Position numbers and translations under genes: made by a program. DNA of 64,000 bases from Clostridiaceae bacterium (GTDB lineage Bacteria; Bacillota; Clostridia; Saccharofermentanales; DTU023), in the NCBI GenBank assembly GCA_012838135.1, contig DUPV01000048.1:13546-77545 (forward strand), given 5' to 3'. This document shows positions 47,602 to 58,542 of the stretch, in pieces (the stretch's first letter is position 1; every line of letters starts with the position of its first letter). Under the pieces are notes generated by a model. That model was not told the DNA's origin, did not search any database, and saw nothing but the letters and a program-made list of their open reading frames with translations.

Positions 47602-47807
47602 AAAATAGCTTCTTAGAAGCAAAAAATCTCTTGGAATGCGTTTGCTTGAAAAAAATCATCAAAAACTTAGCGAAATTGCCGTTAGAAAATTACGTATTTT
47701 AAGGCTTTAAGTCGAGTTTGTAATTTTCCGGCAATGAGCTTTAGTTTTTAGAATTTTTATCAGTACGCATGAACAAGCGATTTTTTGTTTTAGTAGCAAG
47801 CTATTTT
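47602..47807. repeat. Long (~80-nt arms) imperfect inverted repeat / extended hairpin
   Basis: Outer AAAATAGCTT/AAGCTATTTT, AAAAAATC/GATTTTTT, ATGCGT/ACGCAT, TTGCCG/CGGCAA, and inner GAAAATTAC/GTAATTTTC. A direct copy of AAAATAGCTT sits at 47581-90 over the clpC stop. Confidence 0.6.
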
Positions 47808-48007
47808 TCTTTTATTACTTGCAGCAAGAGGTTTTACTGCTGATGATAATATGTTTTACACAAGCAAGATAGATTTAATTCTTCATAGATTAGAAAGCTC
47901 AAAAGATTAGATAAAATTAAATTAATTTAACTTAAATAGTTTTTTTATTTAGATAAAGGTTGTGTTATTATTAGCGAAGATACTTCTCAAAACCGGAGGA
48001 GGTTCAT

Positions 48008-48319
48008 GTGAGTATAGATTTTGTCCAAAAGATAAAAGATGCGGAACTGCAAGCTGAACAGATTATTCAGACAGCGGAGCGAGATGCCAAAAGCAAGATT
48101 GAGCATACAAATCGTGAGTTGACAAAGCAGCTTGAAACAGTGCGTGTCGAGGCGGAAGAAAGGGTACGTGCTGCAAAAATCGATGCCGACAACAAGTCGG
48201 ATCAGAACTTAGAGCAAAGTTTAGCAAATCTCACTTTGCCTGAAATCAGTTCTGAAGAAAAAAATCAGGCAGCTGATCAAGTTTTAGAAGGGATCGTGAA
48301 TTTACTTGGCAATTCTTGA
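48008..48319 (+). CDS. V-type ATPase small coiled-coil peripheral-stalk subunit (G/H-like)
   Basis: 103-aa charged helical protein and first gene of the operon. GTG start after GGAGGAGG. Confidence 0.7.
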   Translation: MSIDFVQKIKDAELQAEQIIQTAERDAKSKIEHTNRELTKQLETVRVEAEERVRAAKIDADNKSDQNLEQSLANLTLPEISSEEKNQAADQVLEGIVNLLGNS

Positions 48320-48320
48320 A

Positions 48321-50303
48321 ATGGACAAAATCAAAATATTAGGTTTGCTTAAAGAGAAAGCTTCCGTTTTACAATTTTTACAAAAACAAGGAGTAGTTGA
48401 ATTAATTGAAACAGGCGTTTCCGGATCAGAATTCTCGTCAGAATTATCGACACAAGCTGATATATCTGATCAACGTTTGACATTGCAAATACAAGAAGAA
48501 GAAATTTTGAAAAATCAAACTCGCCTAAATTCAGCAATTCAAACTCTTGAAACCAATTACGCTAATGTCCCACAGGAATCGACAGATTTTCGTATATCTA
48601 TAAATGATTTATTGTCAGTTAAAAAGCGTGAAAGTGAAATTTTAGATTTGCTTGATGAGATGAAATCAGCTGAAAAACGCAAAATAGACTTGGCTGCTGA
48701 ACGAGAACAAATACAACGTGAACAGGATATTTTGCAAGATTGGCGGCAGGTAGAAATTGATTTGCAACAGACCTCTACACAACGTACTTTAGTATTTCTA
48801 GGTCGCTTGGAAAAATCCGCCCTATCGGAATTGGAACAGGAGTTAACTGAATTTTCTATAGTCGAAACGGCAATTCTTACTTTAGATTCGGGTGATACTT
48901 TTGATTTGACAGCAGTTATAGCATTGCGCGAGCATGAATTGACCATTAACCAATTGTTGCAGCAATATGATTTCAAATATTTACCGATCCGAAAAAAAGG
49001 TACACCGAATCAGATTTACCGATCTAACGAACGTAAAATAAATAAAATTGATAGAATAGTTGTTGAACTTGAGACTAAGATTAAATCAATTGCTGCCAGG
49101 CGTTTAGATTTTTGCCTGTTATCTGATTATTATGCAGTAACTTTAGAATATCATTCTGCCAGCAAGATTCCGGCAGATACTCTTTATACTTTTTCTTTAG
49201 AAGGGTTTATTCCGCGTAAGGTTTCCGGCAAAGTAAAGAAAAATTTAGAAGATGATTTTACAGTTTTTGTCGAAATAATTGAACTTAAACCTGAAGATGA
49301 ATATCCAATTTTGTTGCAAAACAAACCTTTTGCCGGGGCTTTTCAAACCATTCTTGAAATGTTCGGTGCTCCGTCAACCCGAGAAATTGACCCGACACCG
49401 GGTTTGGCTCCTTTCACTTTTATGTTTTTCGGTATGATGTTGAGCGATGTCGGTTACGGATTGCTGTTAACGATCGGTTGTGCTTACCTGATTTGGAAAG
49501 CTAAAATTGATACTTCGACTGAAGGCGGTAAACTGGTACGTATGTTATTTCTGTGTGGTATATCTTCCACGTTATGGGGATTTATTTTCGGTGGATTCTT
49601 CGGCGATATGTTAACCTTAATGAGTGATAATAAAATCGCTTTTCCCTGTCTATGGTTCAATCCGATGGATGAACCGCAAAAGTTATTGATTTGGAGTATG
49701 ATTTTCGGAGTGATTCATCTGTTTAGCGGTATGGTTATGAAAATCATCAATGAAATAAAATTTGGAAAAATTTCGAATATCTTTTTTGATATCGTACCTT
49801 GGTTTTTCATTATTATCGGATTAGGTCTTATGTTTGGCGGATCCTCACTTAAGATTACTGCATTTAATATAACTGAAATTGGTAAATGGTTGGCAATTGC
49901 CGGTGCTGTAATTGTATTTTTATTTGCCGGCAGAGCAAAGAAAAACATTTTTTCTCGTTTGATTTCCGGGATTGGCGGACTTTATGGAGTCATTAATTAT
50001 CTGGGGGATATCCTATCTTATACCCGAGTTTTAGCATTGGTACTCGCTACCAGCGTAATTGCGACCGTTGTAAATTTCTTGGCAAATATGGTATCAGGCG
50101 GGATTATCGGTTGGATTTTTGCTGTAGTTATTTTGGTCGGCGGTCATCTTTTAAATTTGGCACTTTCGGGACTTTCAGCATATGTACATTCAAGTCGTTT
50201 GCAATATGTTGAATTTTTCGGACAGTTTTTTGAAGGCGGCGGACGTTTTTTCAAACCGTTAAATTATAAAACGAATTATTTAAAGATTAATAAAGATGAA
50301 TAA
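48321..50303 (+). CDS. ntpI: V-type ATPase subunit I (membrane a-type subunit)
   Basis: About 330-aa cytoplasmic coiled-coil N-half plus a polytopic C-half containing SYTRVLALVLA (the conserved Arg region). Confidence 0.9.
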   Translation: MDKIKILGLLKEKASVLQFLQKQGVVELIETGVSGSEFSSELSTQADISDQRLTLQIQEEEILKNQTRLNSAIQTLETNYANVPQESTDFRISINDLLSVKKRESEILDLLDEMKSAEKRKIDLAAEREQIQREQDILQDWRQVEIDLQQTSTQRTLVFLGRLEKSALSELEQELTEFSIVETAILTLDSGDTFDLTAVIALREHELTINQLLQQYDFKYLPIRKKGTPNQIYRSNERKINKIDRIVVELETKIKSIAARRLDFCLLSDYYAVTLEYHSASKIPADTLYTFSLEGFIPRKVSGKVKKNLEDDFTVFVEIIELKPEDEYPILLQNKPFAGAFQTILEMFGAPSTREIDPTPGLAPFTFMFFGMMLSDVGYGLLLTIGCAYLIWKAKIDTSTEGGKLVRMLFLCGISSTLWGFIFGGFFGDMLTLMSDNKIAFPCLWFNPMDEPQKLLIWSMIFGVIHLFSGMVMKIINEIKFGKISNIFFDIVPWFFIIIGLGLMFGGSSLKITAFNITEIGKWLAIAGAVIVFLFAGRAKKNIFSRLISGIGGLYGVINYLGDILSYTRVLALVLATSVIATVVNFLANMVSGGIIGWIFAVVILVGGHLLNLALSGLSAYVHSSRLQYVEFFGQFFEGGGRFFKPLNYKTNYLKINKDE

Positions 50304-50418
50304 TAAATGATAAAAAATCGGATAAATAAAACAAAGCTGATTAATTCAAACTGAATCAGATAAGAAAGTTAAATTAAGGTAATTGTAAATTAATTAACAT
50401 ACATTTTTGGAGGTTTTT

Positions 50419-50904
50419 ATGGAAGTCTTAGATAAATTAGGACCGTTTTTTACCCTGTTAGGTGCAGCGTTGGCTGCCTTTCTGCCGGGTTTAGGTTCTG
50501 CAAAAGCAGTTGGCCGGTTAGGACAGGCAATTAACGGAGTTCTCAGCGAACAGCCGGAATTATTCGGCAGAGCATTGATTTTACAAGCTTTGCCCGGGAC
50601 ACAAGGTATTTACGGATTGCTGTCATTCTTTTTGATTTTGACTCGGTCCGGCTTAATGGAATCCGGTTTTTCTGCAGATATTACCTGGTATCAAGGTTTA
50701 CTATGGATTGCAGCAGCATTACCTATTACTATTGTCGGCTATCTTTCTGCACTACATCAGGCGAAAGTATGTGAAACCGGTGTATCTTTAATAGCAAAAC
50801 GCAGTGATCAGCATGCAAGAGTTATAGTTCTGGCGGTTGTTGTTGAAACATATGCGATTTTTGCTTTGCTGGCTTCAGTGTTAGCTATTTTCAGTTTGTC
50901 TTAA
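50419..50904 (+). CDS. ntpK: V-type ATPase proteolipid subunit K (duplicated 4-TM c subunit)
   Basis: Contains LILQALPGTQGIYGLL and VVVETYAIFALL. GGAGG RBS. Confidence 0.9.
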   Translation: MEVLDKLGPFFTLLGAALAAFLPGLGSAKAVGRLGQAINGVLSEQPELFGRALILQALPGTQGIYGLLSFFLILTRSGLMESGFSADITWYQGLLWIAAALPITIVGYLSALHQAKVCETGVSLIAKRSDQHARVIVLAVVVETYAIFALLASVLAIFSLS

Positions 50905-50916
50905 TCCGGAGGATAT

Positions 50917-51486
50917 ATGGATAAGATAGATAAAATAATTGAAGTAATCTTATCTGAAGCTCAAGATCAAGCAGATCAAATTTGGCAAAAAGCAGATCTG
51001 TATCTTGCTCAGAAGAGATCGGAAACAAAAGCGGAGATTGAGAGAATCAATCTGCTGACAGATCAAGCGATTAAATCTGAACAAAAAACAATTCAAATTC
51101 GAACTGAAAGTCTGATTGCAACCCGATTACGTCAAGAAAAACTGGAACAAAGACAACGCTTGATTGCAGAAGTTATCGATTTAGCATTGCATAAGTTTAG
51201 TTCACAATCGAACCAAGAAAAAATCAAGTTTTATTCTGAATTGATTCAAGTGAATAGTATTAAATCAGGTGCGATAAGTTTGAACAAAGCTGAGCAAGTT
51301 TTATTAGAACCGCTTTTGACAAAACTGGGTCCGGAATTTTCGGCAGGTGAGATTGCTGATATATCGGGCGGTCTGATTGTTAAACATGATCGAATTGAAG
51401 AAAATCTGAGTCTTGATTTGATTGTCAGGGATAACCGGGCGAAGTTATCGGTTATTGTGGCGAACCAATTATTTTCTGAAGGGTAG
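50917..51486 (+). CDS. ntpE: V-type ATPase subunit E
   Basis: 189 aa with an N-terminal long helix and a C-terminal globular part (GGLIVKHDRIEENLSLD). Confidence 0.8.
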   Translation: MDKIDKIIEVILSEAQDQADQIWQKADLYLAQKRSETKAEIERINLLTDQAIKSEQKTIQIRTESLIATRLRQEKLEQRQRLIAEVIDLALHKFSSQSNQEKIKFYSELIQVNSIKSGAISLNKAEQVLLEPLLTKLGPEFSAGEIADISGGLIVKHDRIEENLSLDLIVRDNRAKLSVIVANQLFSEG

Positions 51487-51624
51487 AATTCATTAATAAA
51501 AGCTTAAATTATTACAAGATAAAGAAGAGGTTTAAACAATTACTTAAAATAATAATTGAAGCATACAATTCAAAACATTATTGAAAAATGTGATTGAAAA
51601 GTAGCGAAAACTATAATTGAAAAT

Positions 51625-52710
51625 ATGACTGAAAAATTTGCTGATCAACTAAATCTTGAAAAAAATGCTAACGGATCATGGCTTTATGCATATGGCTTAT
51701 TGGCCGGACGTGAGAAGCTGTTTTTTAATGAGTCGCAATTACAGCAATTAATAAATGCTAATTCCGAATCGGACTTTCTCAATTTAATGCAAAGTGCAAA
51801 TTTTTTAGGTGAAACTGTTGACGAGGCTTTGATAAATTCGCAACAAGCTGATTTGGATCTGATATATTCGATAGTTCCGGATTATGCTTTGCTTGAATTG
51901 TTTTTATTATTTAATGATGCTCATAATCTGAAAGTCCTTTTAAGGACGATCTTGCCGGCACAAGAATCAATTTTAATTAATAATATTGAATATTTATTCA
52001 TGCGACCGTATTTGACTGAACCACAACAAATCCTGTCTGTTATATGTAATTTATCAAAGAATTCAAAAAATGATTCTGAATTGATGACGGAATCCGGTTT
52101 GACAGATCTTAAGGTGCCGGAATGGTTTAAAACAACCATCAAACAGGCAGAAAAAGTTTATCTTGAAACTTATGACATGAGTAGGGTTGACTTAGTAGTA
52201 AATCAAGCTTTATGGCAGGAATTAATCGATAAATTATCTGATATTAATTCAAAGTGGTTAACTGAGTATTATTTGTTGAAAGCAGATTTGATTAATTTAG
52301 AAATATTGTTACGTTGCAGAAATCTTAGCTTGAGTAAAGAGTTCTTTCAGCGCTCAATTTTATTACAAGGAAATATAAGTCAAGAGCAATGGTTGGAATT
52401 ATTTTCTTTTGATAATTCAGCATTAGCCACCAAAATAGATTTGTTAGGATTTGGCGATTTTTCCGAAATAGCGATAAATTACCATGAACTTGGATCTGCT
52501 TCAATCTTTTCCCAATTAGCAGATTCTCGTTTGATGCAAAAAATTCAAGAAACAAAATATTTTTCTTCCGGTGTTGAAAAAGTTGCAGCTTACTATTTAG
52601 TTAGAGAATTGGAACGGAGGAATATTCGTTTGATTAGAGCATGTAATCTTAATGCAATATCTCATGAACGTGCTTATCAAATAATACGACCCCCATATGC
52701 AGGAGTTTAG
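51625..52710 (+). CDS. ntpC: V-type ATPase subunit C (eukaryotic d homolog)
   Basis: 361 aa, with size and operon position typical of this subunit. Helical repeat architecture. Confidence 0.75.
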   Translation: MTEKFADQLNLEKNANGSWLYAYGLLAGREKLFFNESQLQQLINANSESDFLNLMQSANFLGETVDEALINSQQADLDLIYSIVPDYALLELFLLFNDAHNLKVLLRTILPAQESILINNIEYLFMRPYLTEPQQILSVICNLSKNSKNDSELMTESGLTDLKVPEWFKTTIKQAEKVYLETYDMSRVDLVVNQALWQELIDKLSDINSKWLTEYYLLKADLINLEILLRCRNLSLSKEFFQRSILLQGNISQEQWLELFSFDNSALATKIDLLGFGDFSEIAINYHELGSASIFSQLADSRLMQKIQETKYFSSGVEKVAAYYLVRELERRNIRLIRACNLNAISHERAYQIIRPPYAGV

Positions 52711-52713
52711 AAA

Positions 52714-53049
52714 ATGAAATTAGTCAAGGTTGCAGTCATCGGGGATATCGATAGTGTCTTGGGTTTCCGCGGACTGGGAATGACAGTAATTATAACTGAT
52801 AATCCGATTGAAGCTTACAAAAAACTTGAAGAATTAGTTAAAATGCAATATGGTGTAATTTTTGTTACAGAAGATTTAGCTGAAAAAAATCCTGCAATTT
52901 TTGAGAATCATAAAGAAAAATTAGAGCCGGCAGTTATTTTAATTCCTTCTAGCCGAAGCGATAAACAATTTGCAATGAACTATTTGCATGAATTGGTGAA
53001 GAAAGCTATAGGTATAGATATTTTAAAAGAAGACAATAATATAACCTAG
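52714..53049 (+). CDS. V-type ATPase subunit F
   Basis: 111 aa. KVAVIGDIDSVLGFRGLGM is typical of subunit F. Confidence 0.8.
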   Translation: MKLVKVAVIGDIDSVLGFRGLGMTVIITDNPIEAYKKLEELVKMQYGVIFVTEDLAEKNPAIFENHKEKLEPAVILIPSSRSDKQFAMNYLHELVKKAIGIDILKEDNNIT

Positions 53050-53189
53050 ATAGTTGCTCAATAACAGCTGAAAATTGCTACAAGATTAATAAACCAGAAC
53101 TAATAACCAGGTATAAGAGACAGAAAAACAATTATAAATAATATTTAATGAAATTTTAGAGATTATGCTGATAATAGAGGACAACAATT

Positions 53190-54974
53190 ATGAGTACAAA
53201 AGGTAGTACGGAACAGGGGCGGATAATCAAAATATCGGGGCCGTTAGTTGTAGCTGACGGGATGCGAGATGCAAATATGTTTGATATTGTGCGTGTTTCC
53301 GATAAAAATTTAATCGGTGAAATTATTGAAATGCATGGAGATCAGGCGTCGATTCAAGTTTATGAAGAAACTGCGGGTTTAGCACCGGGTGAAATAGTTG
53401 TTTCACAACATGAACCGCTTTCAGTTGAATTAGGTCCGGGATTAATCGGTCGAATATATGACGGAATTCAAAGACCCTTGGAAGAGTTGGTCAAAATTGA
53501 AGGTACTAACATTAAACGTGGTGCAACGGTTAAAGCTCTGGATAGAACAAAAACTTGGAGTTTCAAGCCGCGGGTTACAATCGGCGATCAAGTTGTTGCC
53601 GGAGATATTCTCGGTGAAGTCAAGGAAACCGAGATTTTACTGCATAAAATATTAGTTCCTCCGAAAATTTCCGGTACTATCAAAGATATCAAAACCGGTA
53701 TCTTTACAGTCGAAGATACAGTAGCTGTAATTGTTGACTCAAAAGAACAAGAACATGAAATTACTTTGATGCAAAAATGGCCTGTACGTATGGGTCGTCC
53801 GTATCAACGCAAGTTTTCACCTAGTGAACCTCTGATTACCGGACAACGTTCAATTGACACATTTTTCCCGGTCGCCAAAGGCGGTACAGCTGCCGTACCC
53901 GGTCCTTTCGGTAGTGGCAAAACTGTTATCCAGCATCAATTGGCAAAATGGGCTGCCGCAGATGTTGTTGTGTATATAGGATGTGGTGAACGTGGTAATG
54001 AGATGACCGATGTCCTCAATGAATTTCCTGAATTGGACGATCCAAATTCAGGTCGTCCGCTGATGGAAAGGACGATCTTGATTGCTAATACTTCCGACAT
54101 GCCGGTTGCCGCGCGTGAGGCCTCAATTTATACCGGAATTACTATTGCTGAATATTTCAGAGATATGGGTTATTCAGTGTCAATTATGGCGGATTCGACA
54201 TCGCGTTGGGCGGAGGCGTTGCGTGAGATGTCCGGACGATTGGAAGAAATGCCGGGTGAAGAAGGTTATCCGGCTTATCTCGGTTCCCGGCTTGCTCAGT
54301 TCTACGAAAGAGCCGGCATGGTTCAGTGCTTAGGCAGCGATCAACGCAGAGGAGTCTTGACCGCCATCGGAGCAGTTTCGCCTCCGGGTGGTGATTTATC
54401 TGATCCGGTTGCTCAATCTACACTGCGGATAGTTCAGGTTTTTTGGAGCTTGGATTCAGCTTTGGCATATCAAAGACATTTCCCGGCAATTAATTGGTTA
54501 TCCAGCTATTCCCTGTATAGTGAAAAAATTGACAATTGGATGAACGAGCAAATTTCTGCTTCTTGGTCAAAATTGCGTAAAGATGCAATGGCTTTACTTC
54601 AAGAAGAATCTGAATTACAAGAAATAGTGCGATTGGTCGGACATGATTCACTTTCGTTTTTAGACAGATTGAAATTGGAAGCTGCCCGTTCGATCCGAGA
54701 AGACTTTTTGCATCAGAATTCGTTTCATGAAATTGACACCTATACTTCATTAAAGAAACAGTTTTATATATTAAACAGTTTAATGAATTTTTATTATAAC
54801 GCTGTGGAAGCTCTGGGCAAAAATGCAGATTACAATCAAATTATCACTTTGCCGGTTCGGGATGAGTTAGCCAGAATGAAATATATTCCGGAAGAAAAAA
54901 TCGAGCAAAGCTATCAAGAATTGATCGGAAGAGTACACTCCGAGATTACAGACAGTATTCCCCGGGAGGTTTAA
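53190..54974 (+). CDS. ntpA: V-type ATPase catalytic subunit A
   Basis: Contains Walker A GPFGSGKT, the non-homologous insert region, and SRWAEALRE. Confidence 0.95.
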   Translation: MSTKGSTEQGRIIKISGPLVVADGMRDANMFDIVRVSDKNLIGEIIEMHGDQASIQVYEETAGLAPGEIVVSQHEPLSVELGPGLIGRIYDGIQRPLEELVKIEGTNIKRGATVKALDRTKTWSFKPRVTIGDQVVAGDILGEVKETEILLHKILVPPKISGTIKDIKTGIFTVEDTVAVIVDSKEQEHEITLMQKWPVRMGRPYQRKFSPSEPLITGQRSIDTFFPVAKGGTAAVPGPFGSGKTVIQHQLAKWAAADVVVYIGCGERGNEMTDVLNEFPELDDPNSGRPLMERTILIANTSDMPVAAREASIYTGITIAEYFRDMGYSVSIMADSTSRWAEALREMSGRLEEMPGEEGYPAYLGSRLAQFYERAGMVQCLGSDQRRGVLTAIGAVSPPGGDLSDPVAQSTLRIVQVFWSLDSALAYQRHFPAINWLSSYSLYSEKIDNWMNEQISASWSKLRKDAMALLQEESELQEIVRLVGHDSLSFLDRLKLEAARSIREDFLHQNSFHEIDTYTSLKKQFYILNSLMNFYYNAVEALGKNADYNQIITLPVRDELARMKYIPEEKIEQSYQELIGRVHSEITDSIPREV

Positions 54975-54978
54975 AAGA

Positions 54979-56382
54979 ATGGCGAAAGAATATCGCACGA
55001 TAGAAGAAATTGCCGGTCCATTGATGCTGGTACAAAATGTAGAAAATGTAGCTTATGCTGAGCTCGGTGAAATTATTTTACCAAACGGAGAAATCAGACG
55101 CTGTCAAGTTCTGGAAGTGAACGGTAACGATGCTTTGGTTCAGCTTTTTGAGAGTTCATTAGGTATCAATGTTGACCAAAGTAAAGTTCGCTTTCTTGGT
55201 CACGGTATGGAAATACCGGTTTCTCCGGATATATTAGGTCGGGTTTTTGACGGCTTGGGAACACCGATTGATGGCGGACCGGAAATTATTCCTGTTGCCA
55301 CCATGGATACTAACGGCTTGCCGATGAATCCGGCTGCCAGAGAATATCCGGATGAATTTATTCAAACCGGAATTTCTGCAATCGACGGATTAAATACTTT
55401 AGTTCGTGGTCAAAAATTACCGATTTTTTCCGGATCAGGTTTACCGCATAATAATCTTGCAGCACAAATTGCCAGACAAGCTAAGGTGTTAGATGATTCC
55501 GAAAAATTTGCGGTTGTTTTTGCTGCAATGGGCATAACATTTGAAGATGCAAATTTCTTTATTGAGGATTTGCGTGAAACAGGTGCTATTTCCAGGTCGG
55601 TTATGTACATTAATTTAGCCAATGACCCGGCTATTGAAAGAATTGCAACTCCCCGGGTTGCCCTGACAACGGCAGAGTATTTGGCATTTGAATTGGATAT
55701 GCATGTTTTGGTCATTCTGACCGACATTACCTATTATGCAGAAGCTTTGCGCGAAGTTTCGGCTGCCAAAAAAGAAGTACCCGGACGACGCGGTTATCCC
55801 GGATATTTATATACTGACTTGGCTCAATTATATGAGCGTGCCGGACGCTTAAAGGGTAAAAAAGGTTCAATTACGCTAATGCCGATTTTGACCATGCCGG
55901 ATGACGATAAAACGCATCCGATTCCGGACTTAACAGGTTATATTACGGAAGGACAGATTATTCTGAATCGTGATTTGCATAACAAAGCAATTCAACCGCC
56001 GATTGATGTATTGCCGTCCTTATCAAGATTAAAAGATGAGGCAATTGGGGAGGGCAGAACTCGCTCTGACCATGCCGATACGATGAATCAATTATTTGCG
56101 GCTTATTCACGTGGGAAAGAGGCAAAAGAACTTGAAATTATTTTGGGAGAAGAAGCCTTGAGCGAGATGGACCGTATTTATGCCCGTTTTTCTGATGAAT
56201 TCGAAGCTAATTATATTTCTCAAGGTTTTACTGTTAACCGTAGCATTGAAGAAACCTTGGAATTAGGTTGGGATTTACTTTCTATCTTACCCAAAAATGA
56301 ATTGACCAGAATTGATGAACAATATATTGCCCGTTATTACCGTGACGAAATCTTTGAACGTTCCAGATCGGGAATAAATTAA
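54979..56382 (+). CDS. ntpB: V-type ATPase subunit B
   Basis: Contains [30 protein letters not shown] and PSLSRL. Confidence 0.95.
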   Translation: MAKEYRTIEEIAGPLMLVQNVENVAYAELGEIILPNGEIRRCQVLEVNGNDALVQLFESSLGINVDQSKVRFLGHGMEIPVSPDILGRVFDGLGTPIDGGPEIIPVATMDTNGLPMNPAAREYPDEFIQTGISAIDGLNTLVRGQKLPIFSGSGLPHNNLAAQIARQAKVLDDSEKFAVVFAAMGITFEDANFFIEDLRETGAISRSVMYINLANDPAIERIATPRVALTTAEYLAFELDMHVLVILTDITYYAEALREVSAAKKEVPGRRGYPGYLYTDLAQLYERAGRLKGKKGSITLMPILTMPDDDKTHPIPDLTGYITEGQIILNRDLHNKAIQPPIDVLPSLSRLKDEAIGEGRTRSDHADTMNQLFAAYSRGKEAKELEIILGEEALSEMDRIYARFSDEFEANYISQGFTVNRSIEETLELGWDLLSILPKNELTRIDEQYIARYYRDEIFERSRSGIN

Positions 56383-56572
56383 ACCTATAACCCAGTGAAT
56401 TGACAATTCAACAAAACTGGAATAACGGATAAAACAGAAAAACCGAAAAAATCCTAATTGGTAAAAATTAAACAATTATTAAACAAATTATTAATAAATT
56501 ATGAACAAACGCAGTTTATTTCCATAATAAATATAGTATAATTAGATTAACCAAAGATTATTGGAGAAATAA

Positions 56573-57316
56573 ATGGCTGTAATGCGAGTAAATCCGAATC
56601 GAATGGAGTTGATGCGTCTTCGCGGACAATTGAATGTTGCCAGACGAGGACATAAGTTGCTCAAAGATAAACGTGACGAACTGATGCGGCAATTTATATC
56701 CTTAGTCAGACGGAATCAGGAATTGCGCTTGCAAGTCGAAAAGTTACTCAGAGAATATAACCATGCAATGGTCTTGGCTCGTGCTGTCATGCCAGAACAA
56801 GTTATTGAAACGGCATTATATTCAGGTTATGATAATTTGACTCTGCAAGCCAGAAGAAAGAATCTGATGAGCGTGCAGGTGCCGGAATTTTTTGCTCATG
56901 ATCAGACAATGCTCGAAGATGATGTTGATGATAAAACGCAAAAAATATCCAAGGAACTAAAGAGATCAACAACCTATATTCCCTACGGCTTTTCCGGTGT
57001 TTCGGGAGAATTGGATCATGCTATTTTGATATTACGCAAAGCATTACCGGCAATGATAGAACTTGCAACCGTTGAGAAGACAACCCAACTATTAGCAGTT
57101 GAAATTGCCAGAACCAGACGAAGAGTAAATTCTTTGGAACATAGAATGATTCCTGATTTGGAGGACACGATTCGTTCAATCACAATGAAAATGGAAGAGA
57201 ATGAAAGAGCAAACACGACAAGACTGATGAAAGTTAAAGATTTGATCTTGGAGAAAGAGATTCGCGAGCGGAGGAGTAGAAATGAAAAACTATTCTGGAA
57301 AAACGAAATTTCCTAA
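56573..57316 (+). CDS. ntpD: V-type ATPase central-stalk subunit D
   Basis: Contains VNPNRMELMRLRGQLNVARRGHKLLKDKRDEL. Confidence 0.9.
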   Translation: MAVMRVNPNRMELMRLRGQLNVARRGHKLLKDKRDELMRQFISLVRRNQELRLQVEKLLREYNHAMVLARAVMPEQVIETALYSGYDNLTLQARRKNLMSVQVPEFFAHDQTMLEDDVDDKTQKISKELKRSTTYIPYGFSGVSGELDHAILILRKALPAMIELATVEKTTQLLAVEIARTRRRVNSLEHRMIPDLEDTIRSITMKMEENERANTTRLMKVKDLILEKEIRERRSRNEKLFWKNEIS

Positions 57317-58493
57317 TAAAACTAAAAAAATAAGTATTATTTTAAATTTAATTTTTATCCTAAGCATAGCTTTAAGTGTAATGGGCTGTGGCAGTTCAGT
57401 AAGAAAAGATGTTGCTGATTCAGGGAACTATGAATATAAAAAGGCTCCGATGGAGTCTTATGATAGAGAATATGACGGATATGACGCTGTGGAAGAATCA
57501 TTTGCAGAAGAAGTGCGGACCGGTTCTCCGGGAATAGGAAGCAAAGAGGCAACAACGAGTCAGAGAAAACTGATTAAAAACGGCAGCATTGAATTGCGTT
57601 GTGACGATGTTGAAGTAAGCTATCAAAATGTTCTGGAACTGGTTGAAAAATATGAAGGCTTTGCAACAAATCTGAATCGTGATGAAACAGATACAATGCT
57701 CCGAATAAATGCTGATTTTGGTATCCCGGCAGAAAAATTGGATAAATTTGTTGATGAAATTTCAGAAACCGAAATAGTCAATTATATAAAGATAATTGCA
57801 GAAGACATTACTGATGCTTATTATGATGCAACAATCAGACTTGACACCGCTGAAAAATCATTGGAAAAATATTATGAGTTTTTACTTGATGCAAAAAAGA
57901 TAGAGGATATGGTCTACATTCAAGGTGAAATTGACCGTTTAACTGAAGATATTGAATTACTTAAAGGATCAATCAAGAGATGGGATTCGCAAGTCGACTA
58001 TTCTTATGTGTCAATCGAATTTTCGCAAAAGCAAGCACAAATATCCGGCAAGAGAGAAATTGAATTTTCCGCAATGACTTGGGATGATTTTAAATATTGG
58101 GTAAGCAGCGGTTGGAATTCAGTATTCAGTTCAGTTGTGTCATTTTTTCAATGGTTAGCGATCGGAATTCTGGTATCTGCTCCGGTTATTATTCCGCTAA
58201 TACTGATTATTGTTATAATTTTGACAATTTATCGAAAACGCAAAAAAGCTAGATTACAAAAACAGCAAGCTGAAGCGACAGCAGTCAAGCCGGCAAATCC
58301 TGAAACAGTTGCATATAATCAAAGATTGTATCAAGATATGTATCAAGGCAATCAACAATATTTACATCAAAATCTTGAGCAACCGATTGATCAAAGATTC
58401 GAGCAAAATCCAGATCATAATAATCAAGAGGTTGAGCAAAATATAGGTGCAAAAAACCAAGAGACTGAGCAACAGGAAAATCAAAACAATTAA
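57282..58493 (+). CDS. DUF4349-like lipoprotein with C-terminal TM helix and Q-rich tail
   Basis: Lipobox-like SVMGC, the phrase QRKLIKNGSIELRCDDVE, and a coiled-coil middle. Overlaps the ntpD 3' end by 35 nt. GGAGG RBS. Confidence 0.6.
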   Translation: MKNYSGKTKFPNKTKKISIILNLIFILSIALSVMGCGSSVRKDVADSGNYEYKKAPMESYDREYDGYDAVEESFAEEVRTGSPGIGSKEATTSQRKLIKNGSIELRCDDVEVSYQNVLELVEKYEGFATNLNRDETDTMLRINADFGIPAEKLDKFVDEISETEIVNYIKIIAEDITDAYYDATIRLDTAEKSLEKYYEFLLDAKKIEDMVYIQGEIDRLTEDIELLKGSIKRWDSQVDYSYVSIEFSQKQAQISGKREIEFSAMTWDDFKYWVSSGWNSVFSSVVSFFQWLAIGILVSAPVIIPLILIIVIILTIYRKRKKARLQKQQAEATAVKPANPETVAYNQRLYQDMYQGNQQYLHQNLEQPIDQRFEQNPDHNNQEVEQNIGAKNQETEQQENQNN

Positions 58494-58542
58494 ATTTAAT
58501 TAAAACAAAAATATAATCAAAATAAGTGTAGGGTGGTTTGAA

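Noticed and set aside
48557-48976. 139-aa Cys/Ser-rich minus-strand ORF
   Set aside because: It is antisense to the coiled-coil region of V-ATPase subunit I. This is a compositional artefact of GAA/CAA-rich coding sequence.
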